64,000 nucleotides of DNA from Octopus sinensis (lineage: Eukaryota). Of the stretch, positions 37,702 through 49,619 are shown in pieces (within the stretch, counting starts at the first letter, position 1; each line of letters opens with the position of its first letter). Below the pieces are notes generated by a model, which saw only the letters and a program-made list of their open reading frames with translations, was not told the origin of the DNA and searched no databases. The translations under genes and the position numbers were made by a program. The stretch lies in contig NC_043008.1 in NCBI RefSeq assembly GCF_006345805.1, positions 63,054,001-63,118,000 of the forward strand, in the 5' to 3' direction.

Positions 37702-38250
37702 CCTGAAGACAGTTGATTTCTGTACTTGTAATCAGTGTTCTTTTCAGTAATTTAAATAACAGTTTTGACTGTTATTTCCAGCAGGTAGACATACTTAGTA
37801 TGATTAATTTTAATCCTACAGCTATTTAATGCTTTTTTGGACGTGCAATCACCTATATAATTGATTCTGTTATTATCATTTTTAATTGTTACACTAGATA
37901 ATACGAGAGTTAATAATATCATTGCGAATATTTTCTCCTGAATTATTTGCTCGATATTAAAATTATTTTCACACTGGTGGCTACCATGATTTGGCACAAA
38001 ACAAATCAGGTACAGTACAGACTTCAACATGATGGGTTGGATCTTGCCATCATGGTAACGTGTGCTGAAGAAGGTGAGGCTATAATGTCAGTCTTGAAAC
38101 CAGTCCATGTGTGTCCAAATACTCGAATATATGTTGAAAGATTGTCTTAGCCCATTTGCCCAAAGACAGTTGATTTCTCTAGTTGTTATCAGTACTTTTT
38201 TTTTGACAATTTAAATAAGCGTTTTGACTGTTATTTCCAGGAAGCAGACA
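37700..38250 (+). mobile_element. Hammerhead-bearing Penelope-like/retrozyme-like unit, ~457-bp period
   Basis: ~90-bp direct repeats at 37700 and 38157 with a hammerhead at 38058-38112. Confidence 0.6.
38058..38112 (+). ncRNA. Type I hammerhead ribozyme motif
   Basis: acgugug CUGAAGA agg-uga-ggc-uauaau-guc-agu-cuu GAAA ccag UC^ caugugu; 7-bp stem I with wobbles; CCAG is a plausible CpG decay of palindromic CCGG. Confidence 0.7.
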
Positions 38251-39399
38251 TGTGCACTTGTACACACACACATACACACACACATACACACACTGACACT
38301 CACACACACACACATTCACACACACATAGACACATACATACACTCACACAGACTCACACACACACACTCATACACATACACATGTACATACATACATACA
38401 TATATACATAAATACATACATACATGCATACACACACATATACATACATACACACATTCACACACTCACACACATAAATGCATGCATACATACATACCTA
38501 TATACATGCACACACTCTCACACCCCACACATACAGATATACATATATGCACACACACACACTCACCCACCCACCCTACACATGCATATATGTCCAACAC
38601 ACCCCAACATGGAAAACAGATATCAAATGATGATGATGACAACGATGCTGACAACAATGACAACGAAGTGTTTATTGTTGAATATCTATTGTGAAGAATC
38701 GGTGGGAAGGCTTGAAACTTCCTAGAACATGGAGTAGTAGGCATTATTTGAGAAACTTATTGCAGCTTGATTAACACAAAGCAAATTATCTTAGAATTTC
38801 TGCATTTTCTAAAATAAAATATCAGCATTGTGATTATTCTCTTGTTTAAAATCTTAATATATGAAAGGAAAAAGTACTTATGACATGAAATTGAAACATT
38901 ACGAGTGGGTGGCCTCCTTAAATCATTTGATTTTATTTTAACTGTTTTATCGTCATTGTTATTTCCAAGTTATTTCATTGCCTTCATTGTCAACATCACC
39001 ATTGTCTCCGTATTTCCAACATCGTATGTATCATCATCCTCATCATTAATTTCTTTTCCATATTTTGATGCAGCAACATAAAATGAGACAAAGGAGATTC
39101 ACTTAATACCACATACCCATGTACGGCTTTTCAGTATCACCTTTTAATATACGTTACCTAGACCATGCTGGCTTATTCTTGATATTTTCTATCATTAATT
39201 AGCACTAGAAATGGCTCTCTTCAGAAGGATTTGTATCATTAACAAGTTTTCATTTAATTAAAAGAAATATTCTGCTAGAATTCTGAAGATTTCATGGTTG
39301 AGTATTTTGATTTTTTTATAATATGGTAAGCTTCAGGACAAAATTTGTTGATAAAATTTTTGACAAATCTAAACAAAAATTTGCCCAATAAATAATGAT

Positions 39400-40090
39400 T
39401 TCTAATTTAGGCACAATGCCAGCAATTTTGAGCAGGTGAAGATTAGTCGATACAACCATCCCTTGCTCTTGGCCAGCACTTTATTTTATTGACCCCGGCC
39501 CCCAAAGGATACAGAGGGATTTGAAATCAGATGATGAAGATCCAGAACAAATACTGCAAAATGTTTCCTGACATTCAAGCAACTCTGCAAGTTTACCATT
39601 GTAATTTGATCAATAAAAATAATGATGATGATGATGATGATGATAATGGTTTTAAATTTTAGCACAAGGCCAGCAATTTTGGGAGAAGGGATAAGTTGAT
39701 TAAATTCACTCCAACACTCGACTGGTACTTATTTTATTGACACCGATAATATGAAAGACAAAGTCAACCTCAGCAGAATTTGAACTAAGAATGTGAAGAG
39801 GGTCAAAAATCCCACTAAGTATTTTTCTCAACATGCAAATGATGCTGCCAGCTTACCACCTTAACAACAACAACAACAACAACAACAATAAAAACAACAA
39901 TAATAATCCTTTATACTATTGGCACAAGGCCTGAAATTATGGAGTCGTTATATATATCTGATATTTATTTTGCTGACACCATTACAATGAAAGGTAAAGT
40001 CAACCTCAGTGTAATTTGAACTCGGAACATAAATCCTGAAGAAATGTTGCTAAAGCACTTTGTCAAGCATGCTAATAATTCTGCTGACTC
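39400..40090 (-). mobile_element. Three decayed SINE B2 copies in tandem, separated by (GAT)n and (CAA)n
   Basis: ggcacaa.gcc.gcaatttt start and gaatttgaact motifs recur at ~39410, 39660 and 39920. Confidence 0.75.
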
Positions 40091-40138
40091 AACAACTAAA
40101 GTATAATAACAACAATAATAAAATCGAAAATGATTATA

Positions 40139-40685
40139 ATGCCCTGATGCAGCACCAGGCAGTGGCTCTCATGGCTTCTTATCTTAACTGATTGGAAGTG
40201 TTACCAGGTACATTGTTTTGTTTTGGTATAAAAGACGAGCTACAGCAAATATTCTGCTCAATACCACAGATTTGCTTGTCAGTTGTTTGACCATAACCAG
40301 TTGAGCAAGTCCCTTAGTGGCTGACGATATGTGCATCTCTGATCATGAGCAGAAGTAGTGGGGGAGAATCATAGCCATGTATTGAGAGGAATTCTTTAGA
40401 ATTTAGATAATTCACATCCGGAAATATCGGTGTTTTGTTCATCATCCTTAAAACAAACTTTATTCAGGGATCTTTTAAGTGGGATAGGCCACTTGACGTG
40501 AAGAAAATTCAGAATGGCCCCACTTGCAAGGTCATGCACTATTTATCTTTATATGAGATCCCTATGTCGTGCATATATGATTGTGATGCATGAGTCTGGT
40601 GTATCCTTAACAGATGGGTAGTCATGATGGGTGTATTGGGGTTCGTATATTTGTAACTTTGATGGCATGCACTGCTCTCTCACTC

Positions 40686-40687
<2 letters not shown>
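40139..40687 (+). mobile_element. Unclassified retroposon 3' region (family X) ending in (AAT)n
   Basis: Ends gatggcatgcactgctctctcactc-(AAT)n; reverse copy at 53028-53330. Confidence 0.7.

Positions 40688-40758
<71 letters not shown>
40688..40758. repeat. (AAT)n microsatellite
   Basis: Directly visible. Confidence 0.97.
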
Positions 40759-40759
40759 G

Positions 40760-41470
40760 TAATAAACATATCTAATGAAACAATAGACCATCTCATCTTG
40801 GGATGTCCTGTACAGACATGAAACGAATACAAAAATCATCACAATAAGGTAGGACATTATTTACATTAGAAAAAATGTAAACACTACAAAATCAACACTC
40901 CTGCTTACTAGTATGAACATTACTCTGAGCCAGTTGTTAAAGGTAAAAATGTCACTATCCTCTGAGATTTTCCAGTCAATACTGATAGAACAATCCAGGC
41001 TAATCAACCAGACATAGTCATTATGGACATGAAAGAAAATACTTGTAGACTAATAACTGTAAATTCTTCCACTGATAAAAATATATCTGTAAAGAAATTT
41101 TACAAATTAAGTAGATATAAGGACCTAGAAATTGAAATATGAAAGGTGTGGCATCTTAAAGCGAGAACTGTTCTTGTTATTGTGGGTTCCCATGGTATGA
41201 TAAGAAAGGGATGTAAAAAAACATCTAGATAATATCCCAGGAGAACCATGTCTCAGAGAAATTTAAAAGATTGTGCTAAAATGTACTGGCTACATCCTCA
41301 GGAAAAAACCCTATCAATTTAAATGTCTGAGTTGCATTTTTCACTACTGCCCCTATCACTTGCCCTGCCCAAGCTTTCAGTCATATTGTAGCATCTCTTA
41401 TCCTTCACTTGCCCAAGGGCGCTGGGTGTGTCTTGGTAAGTGATTGTAACAAACATACAGATTAGAAGTA
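40760..41470 (+). mobile_element. R4/Dong-type LINE 3' part: CCHC remnant, RLE domain and 3' UTR
   Basis: Reads ETIDHLILGCP...HNKVGHYLH...TDRTIQANQPDIVI...KLSRYKDLEIEI...VIVGSHGMI, with stops and frameshifts. Confidence 0.88.
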
Positions 41471-41844
41471 AATAATAATAACAATAATAATAAAAATTGT
41501 CAAAAGTTCTCTTAAATGTACATAATAGCAAACACTTTTTGCTCACATCGTATCATCACACTCTCATCTTATAATCAAATTATTTTTAAAACAAACTTCT
41601 AATTTTCTTATGTTTTGACCGACATTTTCTAGAACAATACTCTGTGCAAAACCAAAAATATGGAACATTAGTCATAACACCAACTTGAACTTCTAAATTG
41701 TCCCTTGAGGTTTCTCGATGAGACTTGGAGACAACTTGTACAAATACAAAGCAAAAGCCAAACGTATATTGATAATAATGATGACGATGATAATAATCAT
41801 AATAATGATGATGATGATGTTGATGATTATGATGATGATGATTT

Positions 41845-42040
41845 TAACTTTCGGCAAAAGAACAGCAATTTTGAGGGCGGGGTAAGTCAATTACAATGAC
41901 CCCAGTGTTAAGCTAATACTTATTTATTGACCTCCAGAGATAAAAGGCAAAGTTGATCTTGGTGAAATTCCAAAAGACAGATCAACTGGTGCTAAACAAT
42001 TTGCCCGGCATGCTAACGATTCTGCCAGCACACCACCTTA
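41845..42040 (-). mobile_element. SINE family B2, decayed
   Basis: aaaggcaaagttgatcttgg...gcatgctaacgattctgccagc. Confidence 0.7.
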
Positions 42041-42086
42041 ATAATAATGATAGCAACATTAATAAAAATATAAATACAATAATAAT

Positions 42087-43207
42087 AACAAGATCACTCA
42101 GAGAGTGCAAACTTCTGCCAAGGCAACACCAACGTTCTCGTAATGATTAGCGGGAGATGATTTTTAAAATGAGAATATCTGAAATAAACTCGATTGCTCT
42201 CATAAACGAGAATACTAAAAATGAACCTGACCGCACTCAAAAATTAAGTAAAAAAACTGGAAAAATAATCCAGAATCCTTGTCCGGTACCTGATCGATCT
42301 CTGTGGTAGTCATGGAATGTGAACGTGGGCCGTGTTTGCTGTGTGTGTGTGTCGTCTGCAGTGGGAACAGGGACAGTTTTCTCTATGAAGGCTCTTTTTA
42401 GTCTATCCACTGATATAGTGTCCTGATATAGGGAAAAATTTATCTGTGCATGAAAGAAAATTACAAGGACCTGCATATGGTGCTGTTAATGGAGGTTTAA
42501 CAACATAGTTGCACTCAAAAACGTGAGTCCAAGAAGTAAAGTTTCTTTCAAGCCAGAGCTAGAAATGCAATTGTCAAATAGGTAAGAGATTTGAAATAGA
42601 AGCAAAATATTCAAAATTGGTAACGCTAAAACTTCTCGAAGATAAATTAAATTCATTATTGTTACCGAATATGTTAGCATTATTTAATTTCTGAATGGTT
42701 TTGCTGCCATTTGTTTATGTAGTTTGATTTCTTTATCCATCAGTTTCTACTAAAATAGAGATCTGAGTAAAATTAAGAATAGACAAATGAAAATAAAACT
42801 TTGGAAACAGCAATGCCACCATAGCTTACATGGAAACCATGAGTGTGCTTTTTAGGGAGATAATCAGAGAAAGACTTGAACGTCAATGTAAGATCGTAAT
42901 CTTCATGTAAAGAAAAGTAAATGTAACAAATAATCCAGAATCCTTGTACAGTATCAAATCAATCCCAAAATCTAATCAGTTCATGCTAGTAATGCAGCCA
43001 AACATCACTGAAAGTTTCATCCGAATTCATCCAGCAGTTCGTGAGATATCTTGTCCAGGGACTTGTATTGGCATCCTTTCTGTCTCGGGAGACAATGGAG
43101 TTGCGCATGAAGTAGTCTAGTCCGGCTTTTATATTTCATGTCCATGGACTAACAAACAAACAAACAAGTGAAAACAATACCTCCACCTTCGCTAAGGCAG
43201 AGGTAAT
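42087..43207. mobile_element. Family E (Helentron-like) halves separated by ~630 bp of unrelated DNA
   Basis: 42087-42299 matches the left part of family E and 42928-43207 the right part; ~37-bp overlap is duplicated. Confidence 0.65.
43064..43138 (-). mobile_element. 5'-truncated retroposon stub with a 12-bp TSD
   Basis: tgtccagggact (43052-43063) and tgtccatggact (43139-43150) flank a 75-bp insert absent from the 28538 copy. Confidence 0.7.
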
Positions 43208-43606
43208 AATAGTAATATTATTGACAACAATAATATTTTATTTTGGCATTCAAAAATAAATATGTTTAGTGGAGGTTATAGTTAATAGCTTGTGAATGAT
43301 TTTTATTAGCTCCAGAAGTTTGAAAGATACAGTTTTTATTGCTTTGTGAGGGGAGGAAGAACAAAGTATCTCTGAGATTGGTAGCAGGAAATGGAAAGCA
43401 ATGCCATGCCTCATGAGTTATATTGCTCTGAATCCTTTCAACAGTAAAATGGTTTGTTATAGATGAACAATTTGACAGCTATATTTTGCATAGAGAAACA
43501 GTCCTTTTATTACTACTTGTGGTTGGTAGTAAGCAAGGTGATATCACTAGTATCTCTTAGTCTACTGACCCACTCACCACTGTCATATATGAGAAAAAAA
43601 CCCAGC

Positions 43607-44000
43607 TTGGCTGTGCGGTAAGTAGCTTGCTTACCAACGACATGGTTCTGGTTTCAGTGCCACTGCATGGCACCTCGGGTAAGTGCCTTCTATTATAGCC
43701 TCGGGCTGACCAAAGCCTTGTGAGTGGATTTGGTAGACGAAAACTGAAAGAAGCCCGTCATATATATGTATAGTTGTGTGTATATGTTTGTGTGTCTGTG
43801 TTTGTCCCCCCACCCCAACATCACTTGACAACTGATGCTGGTGTGTTTACGTCCCCATAACTTAGCGGTACTGCAAAAGGGACTGATAGAATAAGTACTG
43901 GGCTTACAAAGAATAAGTCTTGTGGTCAATTTTCTCGAATAAAGGTGGTGCTCCAGCATGGCCACAGTCAAATAACTGAAACAAGTAAAAGAGTAAAAAA
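43607..44000 (+). mobile_element. SINE family A
   Basis: Complete head, body and tail. Confidence 0.9.
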
Positions 44001-44627
44001 AAGAGTATACCCTCTCAGAGTCATTCTCTTTACTATTTCTCAGTTTATGATGAACCAGTCTGGCAACAGGATGCAAGCCTGCATGACACCTTTGCATATA
44101 TATAACCAGTAGCATTTACATTTTACTGTGTGAGCTGTAGTTTGTTGTTTTAGTAAATAAAACTTAACTCAATAAGATGATGTTTTTCACTGCATGGATT
44201 TTGCAAAATCAGGAAAAGATTCCTGAAAAGAGAAAGAGACATTAAAATGATGTTTGCTCAGTTTATTTCTGAACAACATTATTTAAAGATAAAATAAATG
44301 ACACCATCATGTCTGGTAGTATTCTTGGTTTAAAATTACTAAAGAAGCTTTTGCACTTGACTTGTATTTAGGGTGATACAATTAGACAAGTAACAGATTG
44401 GGCAAATGAAATTTGGGAGTCTTTTTGTTATGTGCAGTGCTCATTTGGATGCAATGTTGCAGAAACAGGGAAGTTTTTTTTCTTTTTGTTTTTTTTCATG
44501 GGGTTACTGCTTAATGAAGAATTATGGTTTGAGGATTGGAAATGAGAGTATTATTAAATTTCTTTTTGGCAAGGGACCAGAAGGATTAACTACAGTTTGG
44601 GAAGTGACAGAGTTTGTGAGCTGAGCA

Positions 44628-44885
44628 GTCATCATCATCGTTTAACGTCCGTTTTCCATGCTAGCATGGGTTGGACGGTTCGACCGGGGTCTGGGAAGCC
44701 AGGAGGCTGCACCAGGCTCCAGTCTGATCTGGCAGTGTTTCTACAGCTGGATGCCCTTCCTAACACCAACCACTCCGTGAGTGTAGTGGGTGTATTTTAC
44801 GTGCCACTGGCACAGGTGCCAGGGGAGGCTGGCAACGGCCATGATCGGTTGATGATTATTACGTGCCACCGATACCGAAGCCAGT
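44628..44885 (-). mobile_element. RTE-tail family D
   Basis: (GAT)n tail; cagtca on both flanks. Confidence 0.85.
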
Positions 44886-44949
44886 CAAGTGTATGAATAA
44901 ATCTTTTGTGTTTTCCTTATTGATGTTGTGGTATTTTGGATTGGCACAG

Positions 44950-45365
44950 AAGTGGCTGTGTGGTAAGTAGCTTGCTAACATGGTTCCGGGTTCAGTCCCA
45001 CTGCATGGCATCTTGGGCAAGTGTCTTCTCCTATAGCCTCGGGCCAACCAAAGCCTTGTGAGTGGATTTGGTAGACGGAAACTGAAAGAAGACTGTCGTA
45101 TATATGTATATATATATATGTGTGTGTGTGTATGTTTGTGTGTCTGTGTTTGTCCCTCTAGCATTGCTTGACAATCGATGCTGGTGTGTTTACGTCCCCG
45201 TCACTTAGCGGTTCGGCAAAAGCAACCGATAGAATAAGTACTGGGCTTACAAAGAATAAGTCCCGGGGTCGATTTGCTCGACTAAAGGTGGTGCTCCAGC
45301 ATGGCCGCAGTCAAATAACTGAAACAAGTAAAAGAGTAAAGAGTAAAAGAGTAAAAGAAAGAGTC
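44950..45365 (+). mobile_element. SINE family A, young
   Basis: Complete, with a (AAGAGT)n-like tail. Confidence 0.9.
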
Positions 45366-46364
45366 TAATAGTATTTTGGATAGTGGTAGGTAAAAAAACT
45401 GTCCAGTATGTGGATGCTGTAGTCCTTTGGCATTGCCTGTAGTACTGAAGTACCGTTACATGTAAACCTTTTTGGTTATTTGTGTTTATAATGTGTTTTA
45501 CTTGTGAGAATGATGTGAAAAATATTTAGTGAGCTTTTAGCCCACTAATTTAATATAATGTTCGGTCATCCTTCAATAGCTGTAGGAATTAATCTAGTGA
45601 GAAACAACAACAATTCATATGAGTTTTCGAAGCCTTCATGTACATGGTATATTTATTCCAATCCGGGAGGAGAGCATTCATACACAGCTTGTATATTTAA
45701 CATTTAACAGAACAGAATGGAAGTTGAATAAGAAAAGGTTTTCGTCTTGCCGCCTTCCATGACTGGTATAGTCTGATTGATCAGAAGGGAAGTAGATGTG
45801 TTAAAAGGGATAGCTGGCATGAAACTGGTGGATCTGCAATGAATCAACTGACTTGCAGCACAAAATGATGGAACGCAAGTGTTGCATAAAATTGGGATGT
45901 GTGACCAGTGTACTTGATTAGGCAGTGGCTGGATGAACTGATAGATGCATAAATGGAGATATTTTAGGAGAGGCTGGATTTGGAAATGAGAAATAGATAT
46001 AAATGGTATTTGGAATGTCCATTTATCAGTGAAGAATGTATGTAAGGAATTCTGTTAGGGTTTGCAGAGAATTGTAAAAGATTTTTGCTTCTGCCCCAGC
46101 ACTGCCAGTGTTGAAGAAAGAAGGAGTGTAAAGCCTAAGAGGTGGGATGGTTGGGACTGCTGTTCTCAAGGACGATGACTTCAGAGAAAAGGGAATACTT
46201 AGAAAGCTGAGACAGAAATTATCTTTCATCACATCTGCAGAAGAAAAGGTTGAAGCAGGTGTCATTGTAATTTACTGACTATTCCAACATAAACACATTA
46301 ACAAAAACATGAAGTTACATGGATAGGATTAGAGCTTCCTTTTGTCATCATAGCAATAAAATAA

Positions 46365-46620
46365 AAATAAATGCACCCTTTTAAAGCCTAGCCAAGCTCA
46401 TCGGCCGGGTTTTCCGGTTTCAATGGCGTATGTGTTCTCCAGCTGGACGGGACATCAGTCCATCGCAGTGTTACTCATTTTTGCCAGCTGAGTGGGCTGG
46501 AGCAACGTGAAGTGATGTGTTTTGCTCAAGAACACAACGCGTCGCTCAGTCAAAGAATTGAAACCACAATCTTACGATCATGATGCTGACACCCTAACAA
46601 CTAAGCCATGCACCTCCACC
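46365..46620 (-). mobile_element. SINE related to families C and F
   Basis: ttttgctcaagaacacaacgc...gaattgaaacc...ccctaacaactaagccatgcacctcc. Confidence 0.8.
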
Positions 46621-46825
46621 ATCATAGCAATAAGAGAACCATAAAGATTAACCTTCCTCTTCAGGGTTGTAAATTCCTTTAGCCTCCATTGAATGAGACT
46701 CACAAGGCAACACTGCCTCAGTATCTGGGATATTGCTAAAATTACACTCACAGACATTCTAGAATGCATCTAAAACAAAAAAGACCACCCTTGAATGAAA
46801 TTGTATATAAATTATAGGCACAGGA

Positions 46826-47235
46826 TTGGCAGTGTGGTAAGTAGTTTGCTTATTAATCACATTGTTCTGGGTTCACTCCCACTGTGTGACACTTTGGGCA
46901 AGTGTCTTCTACTATATCCTCAGGCCAACCAAAGCCTTGTGAGTGGATTTGGTTGACAGAAACTGAAAGAAGCCTGTCGTATATATGTGCATATATATAT
47001 ATATATGTATGTATGTGTGTGTATATGATTGTGCATCTGTGTTTGTCCTCCCAACATCGCTTGACAACCGATAGTGGTGTGTTTATGTCCCCGTAACTTA
47101 GTGGTTCAGAAGAAGAGACCGATAGAATAAGTACTAGGTTTACAAAGAATAAGTCCTGGGGTTGATTTGCTCAACTAAAGGCGGTGCTCCAGCATGGCCA
47201 CAGTCAAATGACTGAAACATGTAAAAGAGTAAATG
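46826..47235 (+). mobile_element. SINE family A
   Basis: Complete head, body and tail. Confidence 0.9.
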
Positions 47236-47289
47236 ATATACCTTTAACCTATACGTATGCTGTGGCTCTCAGATATGCTTCCTTTCTAC

Positions 47290-47540
47290 TATTATTACAG
47301 TAGCTTCTTTTCCTCTGAGGTAGCTCAACCCATACCATCTCCAGTTTGGCACTCTTAACTTCCATGTCTCTCTCTTCTCTCAACACTCAAATTGCATGTA
47401 TCTCCCCAAGCATTGCAGTAACTATTATGCTTGATCCTTCTTCTGGAATTTCCTCAATGCCCATCTTTTTCTGATAGCTGTCAACTTGCAGCTGTTTAAA
47501 AGGAACATCAATTACTTCAGTCTCACCACTCTCAAAAGAG
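47290..47540 (-). mobile_element. Possible decayed LINE AP-endonuclease fragment
   Basis: Minus strand reads ...KSAKLEMVWVEL..., similar to APE beta-strand motifs; one stop. Confidence 0.35.
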
Positions 47541-48119
47541 TTTCAGGGGCCATACACATGGTCCCTTCTTCAAAATCAAATCATTGAAAAAAAAAAAAAA
47601 TTAATATCTTGGAACAAGCTGGCTATCTGTGCATGAAAAACCTGGCTCATCTTCTATCTGTCTATTTACACTCTGAAATTAGATTGCCTTAAATGGTAAC
47701 TGTTATTGAGCCATGCTTCACTGGATATTGTCATACCATGTGTGAGTTGTGATTTTGGAGTGGACAATCACTAGCTTTTGAACTTCAATATTGATTCCTT
47801 TTCTTTAATGATTTTCAAATATTCCTTCACGTGCTATGATTCTTGCTTGTTGTTGTTCGTGGCAAGCATGTTAAATCTCACTTAAACTGCCCTTCTACAA
47901 TACAGGTCATACCAAAATATCACTGGTCTCTCACAAATAGCTACCCTTAATTTTTCTAGATAATTCCCTGTTCCTCCATTACACACACAACTGCTGAAGC
48001 AGTCAATGAAAGTTATGTTCACCCTGAAGAGGTACCTCAACAGATATCCAACTTATGAAAGCTAGAATAAAAAAGAGCCACACAACATTATATGCATACA
48101 TTTAGATATTGTATAATAC

Positions 48120-48750
48120 TTGATTTTATTCTTTTATTCTTTTATTCTTTTATTCTTTTATTCTCTTATTCTTTTACTTGTGTCAGTCATTAGACAGTAG
48201 TCATGTTGAAGCACTGCCTTGAGCTTTTAGTCGAATGAATCAACTCCAGTACTTCTTTTTTAAGCCAAATACTTATTCTATTGAATTCTTTTGTTGAACT
48301 GTTAAGTTATGGGGATGCAAACACACCAACTCCAACACCAACACCAGTTGTCAAGCAGTGGTGGGAAAACAGACAGACAGACACACACACACACACGCAC
48401 GCACACGCACGCACACACACACACACATACACACATATATGTACATATATATATATATATATGACTGGCTTCTTTCATTTTCTGATTTTCGGTCTATGAA
48501 ATCCACTTCCAAGGCTTTAGTGGGCCAAGGCTGTTGTAGAAGACACTTGCCCAAGGTGCCAACATTGCTTGACAGTCGATGCTGGTGTGTTTACATTCCC
48601 GTAACTTAGTGGTTCAGCAAAATAGACTGATAGAGTAACTAGTAAGCTTCCAAAGAATAAGTCCTGGGGTCGATTTGCTCGTCTAAAGGCAGTGCTCCAG
48701 TATGGCTGCAGTCAAATGACTGAAACAAGTAAAAGAGTAAATAAGTAAAA
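48120..48750. mobile_element. Two SINE A copies fused head-to-head in inverted orientation
   Basis: The minus copy ends at aaggtgcc (48560) and the plus-strand tail half starts at aacattgcttgac (48561). Confidence 0.8.
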
Positions 48751-48829
48751 GAGAGAGTATATGTACATATATATATATATATATATATAGATAGATAGAT
48801 AGATAGATAGGTGTCTCTGTGTGTGTGAG

Positions 48830-49125
48830 ATGGACTCTCAGGTCAAAGACGATGTATTAGTATTCAATTTTTGCTGAGCAGCCTGCACAAATGATTCATT
48901 TATATTGATCAAATGCTCATGCTGCACATTAGCTGACACCCTCCATAAAATCGATGTCGCCTGAACAGGTGCACTGTGTACAATGCATCTGGAGTTGAAG
49001 TGATCACAGAGCGATGCAAAATGACGTGTTTTGCTCAAGAACGCAACACACCACCCGATCTAGGAATTGAAATTATGATCTTGCAATTGTGAGTACAACA
49101 CCCTAACCACTAAGCCATGATCCCT
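48830..49125 (-). mobile_element. SINE family F variant
   Basis: ttttgctcaagaacgcaac...ccctaaccactaagccatg. Confidence 0.7.
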
Positions 49126-49396
49126 CACAATGTGTGTGTATGTGTGTGTCAGTGTGTGACGATGATAAATAAAGATGAATGGATAATATGGTCTCGCTAC
49201 AATGTTTCATGAGAATATTTTATTAGAATGTAACATCGTGCATTCATTCAGTTAAGGCATGCATCATTCATAAGATTCTGCAATACGCCATTATATAATA
49301 ACTAAATTAATCAGACAATCATATGTGTTTCAGTATTTGATACCCTTACTAGACTAGTAGCTTCAGCAACATATGAACACCCAAAGCAAGAATGCC

Positions 49397-49595
49397 TATT
49401 TCTTTATTACCCACAAGGGGCTAAACACAGAGCGGACAAACAAGGACAGACATAGGTATTAAGTCGATTACATCGACCCCAGTGCGTAACTGGTACTTAA
49501 TTTATCGACCCCGAAAGGATGAAAGGCAAAGTCGACCTCGGCGGAATTTGAACTCACAACGTAACGCAGACGAAATACCGCTAAGCATTTCGCCC
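49397..49595 (-). mobile_element. SINE family B, young and 5'-truncated
   Basis: CpGs intact; gcaagaat(g/a)cc on both flanks as a TSD. Confidence 0.9.
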
Positions 49596-49619
49596 GGCAA
49601 GAATACCAATAGTTCAATA

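Noticed and set aside
46026-46265. Minus-strand ORF behind a strong acceptor (cttttcttctgcag)
   Set aside because: No donor, no recognisable domain and no phase-linked neighbour.
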